A stretch of DNA of 64,000 nt from Pseudomonadota bacterium (GTDB lineage: Bacteria; Pseudomonadota; Gammaproteobacteria; JAKAQQ01), in the NCBI GenBank assembly GCA_027320085.1, contig DAHVLZ010000042.1:1-64000 (forward strand), in the 5' to 3' direction. The notes beneath the pieces were generated by a model. That model made no database searches and was not told where the DNA came from. It worked only from the letters and a program-made list of their open reading frames with translations. Of the stretch, positions 8,800 through 18,715 are shown piece by piece. The stretch's first letter is position 1; each line of letters opens with the position of its first letter. Made by a program: the position numbers and the translations under genes.

Positions 8800-11585
8800 T
8801 GGCTCGGACAAAGAGAACCGCAGGCACCGGCAAGTCCGTCGAGACGCTCACGCACACGACTGATAAGCGCAAGAATATTCCTACCGCCGAATACCAGTCG
8901 GTGATGAAGCCGGAGGAGCAAGAAGCCAGGAAGCTACGCTACCCCAGAAACATCGATCTTGATCCGCAACTTGTCTGGCACGGCAAGGACGAGCAGGACT
9001 GGAGCGACCTTGTAGTCCACGCTCCGCCGCTGTACATCCAAGAGAAGGTTCACCCAAAGGCGTTGATTGACGACCTACTGCGTACCTCGAAGGAAGCCGA
9101 ACACCAGGCAGGTCAGCTAACTGCCGACCTTTTCGCAGACTTTAATGGCATTCCGAAAGGCGTCGATAAGACCGAGTTCTACCAGCACGACCAAAATTGG
9201 TCGAACCGCATGATCCTCGGCGACAGTCTGCAGGTGATGGCGTCTCTCGCAGAGCGAGAAGGCTTACGCGGCAAGGTGCAGTGCATTTACTTCGATCCAC
9301 CCTACGGCATAAAGTTCAATAGCAATTTTCAGTGGTCGACCACCAGTCGCGATGTGAAGGATGGAAACGCTGCGCACATCTCGCGCGAGCCAGAGCAAGT
9401 CAAAGCGTTTCGTGACACATGGCGAGAGGGCATTCATAGTTATCTTACTTATCTGCGAGATCGACTTACAGTTGCGCGAGATTTGCTAGCTGATTCGGGG
9501 TCCATCTTTGTACAGATTGGCGATGAAAACGTACATCGCGTGAGAACTGTCATGGATGAGGTGTTCGGCGAGCCTAATTTCATCAGCCTAATATCCATAC
9601 GAAAGTCCAGTGGTCTGGGTCAGGACTTCGTCAAGAATACGTGTGATTACATTGTGTGGTATTGCAAGACACGAAAAGAGGCAAAGTTTCGATCTATTTT
9701 CCGCGACAAAATTGTGGGCAACGAAGGTGGCACGACTTATCGTCACTACCTAACGGCCCCGGGACGATTGACGGCACTACCAACCGAAGAGTCTGAACGT
9801 GAACTGGGTAAGATTGCAGCGGTTGGCGACCTATCTTCCTCTGGAGCAACAGCTAGCTGTATTTTCGATTTCAAATTAGGGAAAAATACGTATAAGCCGA
9901 CCGCCGGTAAGAGCTGGAAAACCACTGAAATTGGAATGTTGCGCTTGCTCAAGGCGGGGCGACTGTTCGTTAAGCAGAAGTCTATAAGTTATATCAGGCT
10001 TCTCACTGACTATCCTGTCCTTGATATCGACAATATTTGGACAGACGTTGTCAGTAGCTTCATGGACGACAAGATATATGTTGTTCAAACAAATACGAGT
10101 ATTGTTCAGCGCTGTCTCCTAATGGTAACGGACCCCGGAGATCTTGTACTTGATCCGACCTGCGGTTCAGGCACTACGGCCTATGTTGCCGAGCAATGGG
10201 GTCGCCGCTGGATCACGATTGATACTTCACGTGTTGCACTCGCGCTAGCCCGTTCGCGCATCATGGCAGCGCGCTATTCCTTTTACCTGCTGGCCGATTC
10301 GCGTGAAGGTCAGATTAAGGAGGCGGAAGTCACGCACACTGCGCCAGCATCAAGGCCAACTTATAAGGATATTCGTCAAGGATTCGTTTACGACCGAGTT
10401 CCCCACATCACGCTTAAATCAATCGCTAACAATGCTGAGATCGATGTCATTTGGGAGAAATGGCAGAAAGAACTTGAGCCCCTGCGCATCAAACTGAATA
10501 CAGCGCTTAACCAGGAATGGGTGGAATGGGAAATACCCCGTAAACCTGAAAGTACGTGGACTGATCTTGCGAAGCAGATCCATACAGCATGGTGGCAGGC
10601 GCGCACTGCACGGCAGAATGAGATCGACGCATCAATATCTGCCAAAGCTGAATTCGAAAAACTATATGACAAGCCATTTGACGACAAGAAGATGGTTCGA
10701 GTAGCAGGGCCTTTTACTGTCGAATCGCTGAGTCCGCATCGTATGCTTGGCGTAGACGAGAATGACGAATTGATTGACCCGCTTAAGACGCACGAGCCCG
10801 AACCTGGCTATGCGCCTGAGCAGAGCTTTGAACAGATGATCCTAGATAACCTGAGGGCGGCTGGTGTACAGCAAGCTCATAAGGAGGACCGGATCACTTT
10901 CACATCTCTGACGCCCTGGCCAGGAACTTTAGTGTGTGCCGAAGGACGCTACATGGAAGGCTCTGCTGAGAAGCGTGCAGCCATTTTCGTTGGTCCAGAA
11001 TTTGGCACGGTCCAGCGCGCTGACTTGGTGGAGGCTGCGCGAGAGGCTGGTGATGGAAGCTTTGATGTTTTGATCGCATGTGCGTTCAACTATGAGGCGC
11101 ACGCCACTGAGTTTTCTAAGCTAGGTCGAATCCCGGTGCTAAAGGCGCGCATGAACGCGGACCTACACATGGCCGGTGAACTCAAGAGCACTGGGAAAGG
11201 CAATCTGTTTGTGATATTCGGCGAGCCGGATATTCACATCCTCACTGAGAAGGATGGCCAGCTCCGCGTCAAGGTGCGCGGCGTTGACGTATTCGATCCA
11301 TCGACCGGCGAAGTCCGAAGTGACAGCGTCGCCGGCATAGCCTGCTGGTTCATCGATACGGACTACAATGAAGAGAGCTTCTTTGTTCGCCATGCCTATT
11401 TCCTCGGTCAGAATGATCCCTACAAGTCGTTAAGGACGACGCTAAAAGCAGAAATCAATGAGGATGCATGGGCAACGCTTAACAGCGATACATCAAGACC
11501 TTTCCCAACACCAAAATCGGCCAGGATTGCTGTGAAAGTTATCAATCACCTTGGAGACGAGGTGATGAAGGTGTTCAAGACTTAA
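8799..11585 (+). CDS. mod: Type III R-M adenine methyltransferase (Mod, beta class)
   Basis: NRMILGDSL; catalytic DPPY upstream of SAM-binding LDPTCGSGTT; C-terminal IAVKVINHLGDE; start overlaps the res stop. Confidence 0.9.
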   Translation: MARTKRTAGTGKSVETLTHTTDKRKNIPTAEYQSVMKPEEQEARKLRYPRNIDLDPQLVWHGKDEQDWSDLVVHAPPLYIQEKVHPKALIDDLLRTSKEAEHQAGQLTADLFADFNGIPKGVDKTEFYQHDQNWSNRMILGDSLQVMASLAEREGLRGKVQCIYFDPPYGIKFNSNFQWSTTSRDVKDGNAAHISREPEQVKAFRDTWREGIHSYLTYLRDRLTVARDLLADSGSIFVQIGDENVHRVRTVMDEVFGEPNFISLISIRKSSGLGQDFVKNTCDYIVWYCKTRKEAKFRSIFRDKIVGNEGGTTYRHYLTAPGRLTALPTEESERELGKIAAVGDLSSSGATASCIFDFKLGKNTYKPTAGKSWKTTEIGMLRLLKAGRLFVKQKSISYIRLLTDYPVLDIDNIWTDVVSSFMDDKIYVVQTNTSIVQRCLLMVTDPGDLVLDPTCGSGTTAYVAEQWGRRWITIDTSRVALALARSRIMAARYSFYLLADSREGQIKEAEVTHTAPASRPTYKDIRQGFVYDRVPHITLKSIANNAEIDVIWEKWQKELEPLRIKLNTALNQEWVEWEIPRKPESTWTDLAKQIHTAWWQARTARQNEIDASISAKAEFEKLYDKPFDDKKMVRVAGPFTVESLSPHRMLGVDENDELIDPLKTHEPEPGYAPEQSFEQMILDNLRAAGVQQAHKEDRITFTSLTPWPGTLVCAEGRYMEGSAEKRAAIFVGPEFGTVQRADLVEAAREAGDGSFDVLIACAFNYEAHATEFSKLGRIPVLKARMNADLHMAGELKSTGKGNLFVIFGEPDIHILTEKDGQLRVKVRGVDVFDPSTGEVRSDSVAGIACWFIDTDYNEESFFVRHAYFLGQNDPYKSLRTTLKAEINEDAWATLNSDTSRPFPTPKSARIAVKVINHLGDEVMKVFKT

Positions 11586-11603
11586 GGGAACGGGAGAAAG
11601 GCT

Positions 11604-13037
11604 GTGAACACAACGGCGCAAGGTGGCAGTACTGAAGGGTTAAACATACTTAAGTGCCGCGACGACCGCGCACCTGTCCTGTTCCGAAGGACCGGGGCCG
11701 GTCCCGGTCCTGACTGCTTTCAACTTATTGAAGGCACGGCAGCTTCGTGGGTCGGGCAAGGCGAAACCTTTGGTGTCGACAAACTTCGGACACGGATTGA
11801 GCCTTGGCTTACGGCTTTGTTCCAATCGGAGCATCTTTCTCTTGTAGTCGGATCTGGCCTAAGTCATGCGGTACACCGCATGGCAACCAGTGACATCCTC
11901 CCAGGAATGAGCGGTGTCTCTTGGACAGAGTATGCCGCAGAAATTCAAAAGGAAGCTAAGCGATCAGCCCTCGCGGCTGGGCGGGAGGATGGAAACATTG
12001 AAGATCAGATTCGCGTGGCATCTGAGCTATTGCGTGGCCTGGAGATAGTTGCGTCTACAAAGGATAAGAATGATCCGGTAGCTAAACGGGTGGGTAATCT
12101 GCACACAGAGCTGGAGAGGGTGCTTAACGCGTTTGCTGCATCGATACTGAAAGGGGAGGCTGACTTAAAGGCGGCAGGCATAGAAACGCGAGAGCGAGCT
12201 TTCAACTACCTGGTCAGTTTTCTTATGAGTTTCGCTAGCCGCACTGGCACACGCGATCGTCTCCAGCTGTTCACAACAAATTATGATCGCTTTATCGAAG
12301 CCGGCGCAGATGCGGCGGGACTCCGCTTAATCGATCGCTTCGTAGGGCAATTGGCACCGATATTTCGGTCATCACGCTTGGACGTGGACATGCATTACAA
12401 CCCGCCAGGAATGCGTGGCGACCCACGTTACCTTGAAGGCGTTGCTCGCTTCACTAAACTCCATGGCTCCGTTGACTGGATAGACTGCGACAAGAACATC
12501 CACCGTATTGGAATTCCTTTCGGCGCTGAAACAATCGGCCCATATCTGACCGATACGGGATTACCTTCGGTTAAGGCAACGCAACTCATGATTTATCCGA
12601 ACTCCTCTAAGGATAGAGAAACGGCATCATATCCATATGTAGAGCTCTTTCGTGATCTCGCGGCGGCGGCTTGCCGACCGAACAGCACACTCATTTGCTT
12701 TGGTTATAGCTTCGGCGACGAACACATCAATCGTGTCATAGAAGACATGTTAACCATTCCTTCTGCGCACTTGGTAATAATCTCAACAAATGACCCGCTT
12801 GGGCGGATTATGAAAACATACGAAAGAATTGGGCGGCGTGCCCAGATTACGCTGTTGGTTGGCGAGCAGCTGGGCAATTTTGAAGTCTTGGTTGACCACT
12901 ATCTACCGAAGCCTGCAATCGATCGAACGACATTTAGAATGGCTGAGCTTCTTAAGGCACGAGGATGGGGCCCGGGGCATGGAGATGACAAAGGTGGTGG
13001 TGAGCAGGCCAAGGACAATGGCGGATCTGCATCATGA
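11604..13037 (+). CDS. SIR2-like (SIR2_2) NADase, partner of HerA
   Basis: LVVGSGLS, FTTNYD, KLHGSVDW and GYSFGDEHIN sirtuin motifs. Confidence 0.88.
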   Translation: MNTTAQGGSTEGLNILKCRDDRAPVLFRRTGAGPGPDCFQLIEGTAASWVGQGETFGVDKLRTRIEPWLTALFQSEHLSLVVGSGLSHAVHRMATSDILPGMSGVSWTEYAAEIQKEAKRSALAAGREDGNIEDQIRVASELLRGLEIVASTKDKNDPVAKRVGNLHTELERVLNAFAASILKGEADLKAAGIETRERAFNYLVSFLMSFASRTGTRDRLQLFTTNYDRFIEAGADAAGLRLIDRFVGQLAPIFRSSRLDVDMHYNPPGMRGDPRYLEGVARFTKLHGSVDWIDCDKNIHRIGIPFGAETIGPYLTDTGLPSVKATQLMIYPNSSKDRETASYPYVELFRDLAAAACRPNSTLICFGYSFGDEHINRVIEDMLTIPSAHLVIISTNDPLGRIMKTYERIGRRAQITLLVGEQLGNFEVLVDHYLPKPAIDRTTFRMAELLKARGWGPGHGDDKGGGEQAKDNGGSAS

Positions 13038-15118
13038 GTCAGATGCCTTTCGAGCAGGCGGAAACGCTACGCATTGGTACGGTCGATTTTGTCTCTCCAA
13101 ATGAGGTGAAGGTCGCGCTGGATATTGAGGCCCCGGAATCCGTCGCGCTCAATGCTGGCGGTCCACGGCCATTCCCGCGAGTGAACAGTTATTTACTCAT
13201 TCCGGTTGACGAAGGGTTCGTTGTCGGTCAAATCGAGTGGTTGACTGTGGAGCGCTCTGCGTTTCCGAAGCGTAGGGGCATGCAGGACTTTGGTCTTGTC
13301 GATCTGCCGTACCCGTTGCGTAAAATGAGCTTGAACCCGCTTGGAACGCTTCGAAAGAAGGAAGGCAATAATTCAGACTACGCCTTCAGTCGGGGCGTGG
13401 ACGCCTTTCCATCTATCGGTTCGGCAGTCTTGTTGCCTACCGAACAGCAACTTCGGTCGATTGTGGAATCGGGTGAACGCCGGCGCGTCAAAATCGGCGT
13501 TAGCCCACTTGCTAGTGATGCAGAGGTGCGGGTTGACCCGGACCGCCTATTCGGGCGCCACCTCGCAATTCTTGGGAATACTGGAAGTGGTAAGTCATGC
13601 TCCGTCGCTGGACTAATTCGCTGGTCTTTGGAGCAAGCCAGAGCAATTCGTTTGAATCAGCCAAACGCGCGCTTTATTGTTCTTGATCCCAACGGCGAGT
13701 ATTCGCGAGCCTTCAGTGGCGAGGACGGCCTTGTAAAGGCCCGTGTTTTCAGGGTTGCTCCGAAAACGGACGAATTGGGATTACAGGTCCCACTGTGGTT
13801 CTGGAATAGCGCGGAATGGTCATCGTTCGCGCAGGCAAGCGCAAGAACTCAACGTCCACTTCTCAAGAGAGCACTAAGAGAAGTAAAGGCCGGGCGAACT
13901 GAAACAAGTGATCCAACTGACGAAGAAATGAAATTGGCTTTGCGTCGCTATTTGTCCTCAACCGCAATTTCCTTGCGAAGGGACCTGAAGGCTGGCGTTA
14001 TCAAAACCGATGAATCCAAGTTTGGGTTCAAACTCAAAGCAGTGGCGGACGACCTGGAGAATAAGAAGGCGGAGTGCTCAATCGTTGATCTTGACGCAAT
14101 TCTTCAACCGATTAATACGGCGTTGCACGCAACATTTAAGTCGTTTGAGAAGAATGGAAAGATTGTCGAATATTACAGGGCGTTTACTGAAGCTCAGGTT
14201 ACAAACATTATCGACGCGATTGGGACCGCACTGGAGTCTCTCGGAGGAATTATTTATCAAGAGGGCCCGGACGAAGATACACCACTTCCGTTCAAGGGCG
14301 CGGACCTGGCGGATCATCTAGAGATGCTTGCGGAACAAGAGAATGTCAGCCAATACTTGGATTTCTTGGTGGCGCGTATCCGCATGCTCCTCTCGGATCC
14401 ACGAATGAAAGCTGTGATTGGGGATAGTGGCGCTGTAGATCTGGAGAAATGGCTTGAGAATTACATCGGTGCCAGCAATTCCACGAACGGAAGCCTGGTG
14501 GTTATTGATCTGTCGCTGGTTCCGACTGAAGTGATTCACATTGTCACGGCCGTAATAGCTCGTATGGTCTTTGAGGCCCTTCAGCGCTACATGAAGCTCA
14601 ATCAAGTAGCTCTTCCGACTGTGCTCGTGATGGAGGAGGCGCATACGTTTGTTAAGCGGTATAAGGAAGATGCAGAGAACCAAGATGCAGCGGCGGTATG
14701 CTGCCAAGTGTTCGAACGTATTGCTCGCGAAGGAAGAAAGTTCGGGCTTGGACTTGTGTTATCGTCACAGCGACCTTCTGAGTTATCGCCTACCGTGCTT
14801 TCTCAATGTAACTCGTTCCTACTTCATCGCATCAGCAATGACCGAGATCAGGAATTGGTGCACCGCTTAGTACCAGATAACTTACGAGGCCTTTTGCGAG
14901 AACTCCCGTCGCTTCCCTCACAAAACGCTATTCTTTTGGGGTGGGCGTCAGAACTTCCGGTGTTAGTCAAATTGAACGATTTGCCGAAATCTCATCAGCC
15001 GAGATCTGACGATCCTGATTTCTGGAGCGTCTGGACAGGCAAAGGTCTCGATGGGAAGGAAGTGGAACGACCAATTGTATGGAAAACGATTGCCGACGAT
15101 TGGAGTGGGCAGAGCTAG
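13034..15118 (+). CDS. herA: HerA/DUF87 ATPase (Sir2-HerA defence module)
   Basis: N-terminal HAS-barrel-like region; HLAILGNTGSGKS; LDPNGEY; MEEAH; REGRKFG; SQRP; ATGA overlap with sir2. Confidence 0.9.
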   Translation: MSQMPFEQAETLRIGTVDFVSPNEVKVALDIEAPESVALNAGGPRPFPRVNSYLLIPVDEGFVVGQIEWLTVERSAFPKRRGMQDFGLVDLPYPLRKMSLNPLGTLRKKEGNNSDYAFSRGVDAFPSIGSAVLLPTEQQLRSIVESGERRRVKIGVSPLASDAEVRVDPDRLFGRHLAILGNTGSGKSCSVAGLIRWSLEQARAIRLNQPNARFIVLDPNGEYSRAFSGEDGLVKARVFRVAPKTDELGLQVPLWFWNSAEWSSFAQASARTQRPLLKRALREVKAGRTETSDPTDEEMKLALRRYLSSTAISLRRDLKAGVIKTDESKFGFKLKAVADDLENKKAECSIVDLDAILQPINTALHATFKSFEKNGKIVEYYRAFTEAQVTNIIDAIGTALESLGGIIYQEGPDEDTPLPFKGADLADHLEMLAEQENVSQYLDFLVARIRMLLSDPRMKAVIGDSGAVDLEKWLENYIGASNSTNGSLVVIDLSLVPTEVIHIVTAVIARMVFEALQRYMKLNQVALPTVLVMEEAHTFVKRYKEDAENQDAAAVCCQVFERIAREGRKFGLGLVLSSQRPSELSPTVLSQCNSFLLHRISNDRDQELVHRLVPDNLRGLLRELPSLPSQNAILLGWASELPVLVKLNDLPKSHQPRSDDPDFWSVWTGKGLDGKEVERPIVWKTIADDWSGQS

Positions 15119-15121
15119 TAA

Positions 15122-17206
15122 ATGGACTTTCGTATCGCTGACACTTTCACCGATAGCCTGACCCATTTGACTGGCGAAGAGCAGAAGGCGGTCAAGACTA
15201 CTGCCTTCGATCTGCAGATAAATCCTGCGCGACCGGGTATGAGTTTTCACAAACTCGACAAAGCAAGAGACAGGAACTTTTGGTCGGTTAGGGTGAATAA
15301 CGATATCCGAATAATCGTTCACAAAACGACTTCTAACCTCTTGCTCTGTTACGTTGGGCACCATGATGACGCTTACCGATGGGCGGAGCGGCGCAGGCTT
15401 GAAACGCATCCGCAGACGGGTGCTGCACAAATGGTAGTCATTCGTGAGACGGTGTGCGAGATCATCGTTCCCGCGTTTGTGGAAGCTTCCAAAGCACGCG
15501 AGACGGACTCACGGCTCTTTGCGAAGCATTCTGATGAAGAGTTGCTGAGTTATGGTGTTCCGGTGGAGTGGCTTCCCGATGTTCGTGCGGCCACCGAAGA
15601 CACATTGCTCGCGCTCACAGATCACTTGCCTGCCGAAGCTAGTGAATGCTTACTTGAGATAGCCACAGGCGGGGTGCCGCGGGTACGTCGGCCAAGTGAC
15701 GCGTCTTCCAGCCCATTCGAACATCCAGATGCTAAACGTCGATTCCGTATTATGTCGGGCGTCGAGGAATTGGAACGGGCTCTTTCATTCCCTTGGGATA
15801 AGTGGACGGTATTTCTTCATCCTGATCAGCGCGAATGGGTAGAGCAGCACTATTCTGGAGCGGCCCGCGTGTCAGGCTCTGCTGGCACTGGAAAGACGAT
15901 TGTTGCTCTTCATCGCGCGGTATATCTAGCACGGGCAAACCCGGAAAGCAGGGTATTGCTCGCGACTTTTTCGGATACGCTAGCGAATGCCTTGCGTGCG
16001 CGCCTCCGCCGGCTGGTCAGCAACGAACCTCGACTAGCCGAGCGACTTGAAGTACAGGCGATGAATGCAGTCGGCGAACGGTTGTACGAGCGGCACTTTG
16101 GTAAAGCTAAGCTTGCCACAGATGAGGATATACGCCGTTTCCTCGCTGCTGCAACGACAGACGCTGGTTACACGCTAAGTCCTCATCTACTATGGACAGA
16201 GTGGGATGAGATTGTTGACGCCAGACAATTGGATAGCTGGCAGACGTACCGTGACGCGAAACGACTTGGTAGAAAGACGCGGTTGTCAGAGTCGCGTCGT
16301 GCAGCCGTATGGGCGATTTGCGAGCATGTGCGCGCAAGGTTGAATGACCTAGGGCTTGTGACGTATGCACAATTATTCAGCCGACTGGCAGAGCGGCTCA
16401 CAACGCTCGAGCAAGTGCCGTTCGATTTCGCTGTTGTTGATGAAGCACAGGACATTAGCGAACAGCAGTTGCGTTTTCTTGCTGCCCTTGGCAACGATCG
16501 ACCGGATGCTCTGTTTTTTGCTGGGGATATTGGGCAACGAATATTTCGACAGCCATTTTCCTGGATGGCACTAGGAGTCGATGTTCGAGGGCGTTGTCGA
16601 ACTCTGAAAATTAACTACCGAACCTCCCATCAGATCAGAACGCAGGCGGATCGCCTTCTTCCGCCGACGGTGTCCGACGCGGATGAGAACGTAGAAGATC
16701 GACGTGGCACGGTATCTGTATTAAATGGGCCGCTACCCGTCATTCACACGTTCGACACAGCCGAGCAGGAAATTATTGCGGTCGCGGAATGGCTCACCGC
16801 ACAAACAGCTAGCGGGGTTATTTCTCATGAAATCGGCGTATTCGTCCGTTCGGAAGAACAATTAGAACGTGCCCGGCTGGCTTTGGCAAAGGCCGGAATC
16901 CAATTCAATCAACTTGATGAAGGCGTTGGAACCACCAGTGGACGCGCTTCACTTGCAATCATGCACCTCGCCAAAGGACTGGAATTCCGCGCCGTTGTTG
17001 TGATGGCCTGCGATGACGAGGTTATTCCGCTGCAAAGGCGAATCGAATCAGTAGCCGATGATTCCGATCTTGAAGAGATCTATAACACCGAGCGCCATTT
17101 GCTTTATGTTGCTTGCACTCGCGCACGTGACAATCTTTTGATAACCAGCGTCGCTCCGCCCTCCGAATTCTTGGATGATTTGCAAAGCGGCGGAACTGCT
17201 AGCTAG
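15122..17206 (+). CDS. SF1 UvrD-like helicase with an N-terminal RelE/ParE-like domain
   Basis: GSAGTGKT, DEAQD, NYR, KGLEF and LYVACTRA helicase motifs. The first ~90 aa (PGMSFHKL...FWSVRVNNDIRIIVH...YVGHHDDAY) resemble a RelE fold. Confidence 0.85.
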   Translation: MDFRIADTFTDSLTHLTGEEQKAVKTTAFDLQINPARPGMSFHKLDKARDRNFWSVRVNNDIRIIVHKTTSNLLLCYVGHHDDAYRWAERRRLETHPQTGAAQMVVIRETVCEIIVPAFVEASKARETDSRLFAKHSDEELLSYGVPVEWLPDVRAATEDTLLALTDHLPAEASECLLEIATGGVPRVRRPSDASSSPFEHPDAKRRFRIMSGVEELERALSFPWDKWTVFLHPDQREWVEQHYSGAARVSGSAGTGKTIVALHRAVYLARANPESRVLLATFSDTLANALRARLRRLVSNEPRLAERLEVQAMNAVGERLYERHFGKAKLATDEDIRRFLAAATTDAGYTLSPHLLWTEWDEIVDARQLDSWQTYRDAKRLGRKTRLSESRRAAVWAICEHVRARLNDLGLVTYAQLFSRLAERLTTLEQVPFDFAVVDEAQDISEQQLRFLAALGNDRPDALFFAGDIGQRIFRQPFSWMALGVDVRGRCRTLKINYRTSHQIRTQADRLLPPTVSDADENVEDRRGTVSVLNGPLPVIHTFDTAEQEIIAVAEWLTAQTASGVISHEIGVFVRSEEQLERARLALAKAGIQFNQLDEGVGTTSGRASLAIMHLAKGLEFRAVVVMACDDEVIPLQRRIESVADDSDLEEIYNTERHLLYVACTRARDNLLITSVAPPSEFLDDLQSGGTAS

Positions 17207-17413
17207 TTCGACATCGCTCACCACGACTTGCATTAGCTCCAGTGCCACGAGGATTAGGGTCCAGTTACCCGCGTATTGAACGAGTCGCGTACTGACGAAG
17301 CGCTAGATTGCGTGTATAGCTCAATTCCGTAAACGAATAATTTACGTCTGTTTGGCGTATTCGATTGATAACAAAAGAGAATATAAAATAGTTTACGTAA
17401 TAGCGTCGCTATA

Positions 17414-18688
17414 GATCACCATCTGGCGGGTGCCCAACTGCCCCCGGCATCGGCCATCGTGAATCCCAACCTCCCCGGGTCGAGTTTCCCCGCCCGCGGA
17501 CTTTCGGGCGTGGGCGTGCTTTTCTACCTCCTGATTGCCTTGCGGACCGCTCTGCGGGGACAGCCTCTACGGCCCCGCGGAGAACCGAGTCTCGCGCAAT
17601 GGCTGGATTTGGTTGCGCTCGGTACCATGGCGGATCTGGTGCCCCTGGATCGGAATAACCGGATCCTGATTGCCCAGGGGTTGAGGCGGATCCGGGCGGG
17701 TGAGTGTCGACCCGGCCTGCGGGCGCTGCTCGCGGTTTCCCGCCGCGAGCAGGAACGGGTGACAGAGGAGGATCTGGCTTTCAGTCTGGCCCCACGCCTC
17801 AACGCGGCGGGGCGGCTGGACGAGATGGGCTTGGGGGTCGAGTGTCTCCTGACCGAGGATCCGGCCCAAGCCTTGGAGATGGCCCGTCGACTCGATGGAA
17901 TCAATCATCAACGGCGCGAACTCCAGGGCGCGACGGAGGACGAAGCAGCCGGTGTGCTCCGGGATGGGGAGGCGGGGGATCCCGACCAGCTGGCCTGCGT
18001 CCTCTACGAACCGGACTGGCATCTCGGCATCCTGGGCCTTGTCGCCTCGCGTTTCAAGGAACGGGTTCATCGTCCGGTTTTTGCCCTGGCCCTCGGTGAA
18101 GACGGACGGATACGGGGTTCGGCGCGTTCGATCCCGGGAATCCATATCCGCGATCTTCTGGTCGAGCTGGATGCCCGGCAGCCGGGTCTCTTTGATCAGT
18201 TCGGCGGGCATGCGATGGCGGCCGGACTCACCTTGTCCCGCGATGTCGGGGTCGAGGACTTCAAGCGCCACTTGCAGCTTGTCCTCGAGCCCTACCGTGC
18301 GTTGTGCCTGGGGGATCGGGAGATCCGTACAGACGGTGAACTGGCTGTGGGCGAACTCAGCCGGGAGACCGCCGGATTGCTGGATGACGGGGGGCCCTGG
18401 GGCAGCGGTTTCCCGAGACCTCTGTTCGAAGGGCGGTTTGCCCTCGAACAGGTCGACCGTCTGACGGAACGCCATTTCCGGATCCGGCTCCGGGATTTGC
18501 GCGGGAGTGGGGTTTTTGCAGCCGTCGGGTTTTCGCCCAGGCCTGAACGGCTTGAGCCGGGGACGGTCAGCCACTATCTTTTTTACCCGACGATCAACCG
18601 GTTCCGCGGAACTGAGGAGCTTGAACTCCGGATCGTCTCCCAGTTCGATCCAGACCGGGTGGAGCTCGTTGAACGTGATAAATTCTAA
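17414..18688 (+). pseudogene. recJ: Host recJ, 3' portion only (from the DHH motif to the stop)
   Basis: Frame reads D-H-H-L-A-G-A-Q-L-P-P-A-S-A-I-V-N-P-N...LGTMADLVPL...APRLNAAGRL...GSARS...FGGHAMAAGL. In-frame TAA at 17384 upstream and no N-terminal RecJ motifs. Usual position before prfB-lysS. Confidence 0.9.
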
Positions 18689-18715
18689 GACCTGAAATTC
18701 AGTCGGGGAAGGGTC

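Larger units (their letters stand above)
1..17413. mobile_element. Genomic/defence island inserted in host recJ; left end lies outside the window
   Basis: Visibly lower GC and different codon usage than the sequence right of 17414. The switch is abrupt at ATA|GATCACCATCTG, where the host recJ frame resumes at its DHH motif. Cargo is defence genes and IS elements. No integrase is visible in the window. Confidence 0.85.

Noticed and set aside
8799-11585. Phase-variable (phasevarion) mod
   Set aside because: No simple-sequence repeat tract was seen in the gene or its 5' region, and the frame is intact.
17459-18688. 409-aa ORF as an intact RecJ
   Set aside because: It starts after DHH and lacks all N-terminal metal-binding motifs; the GTG is the internal Val of IVNPN.
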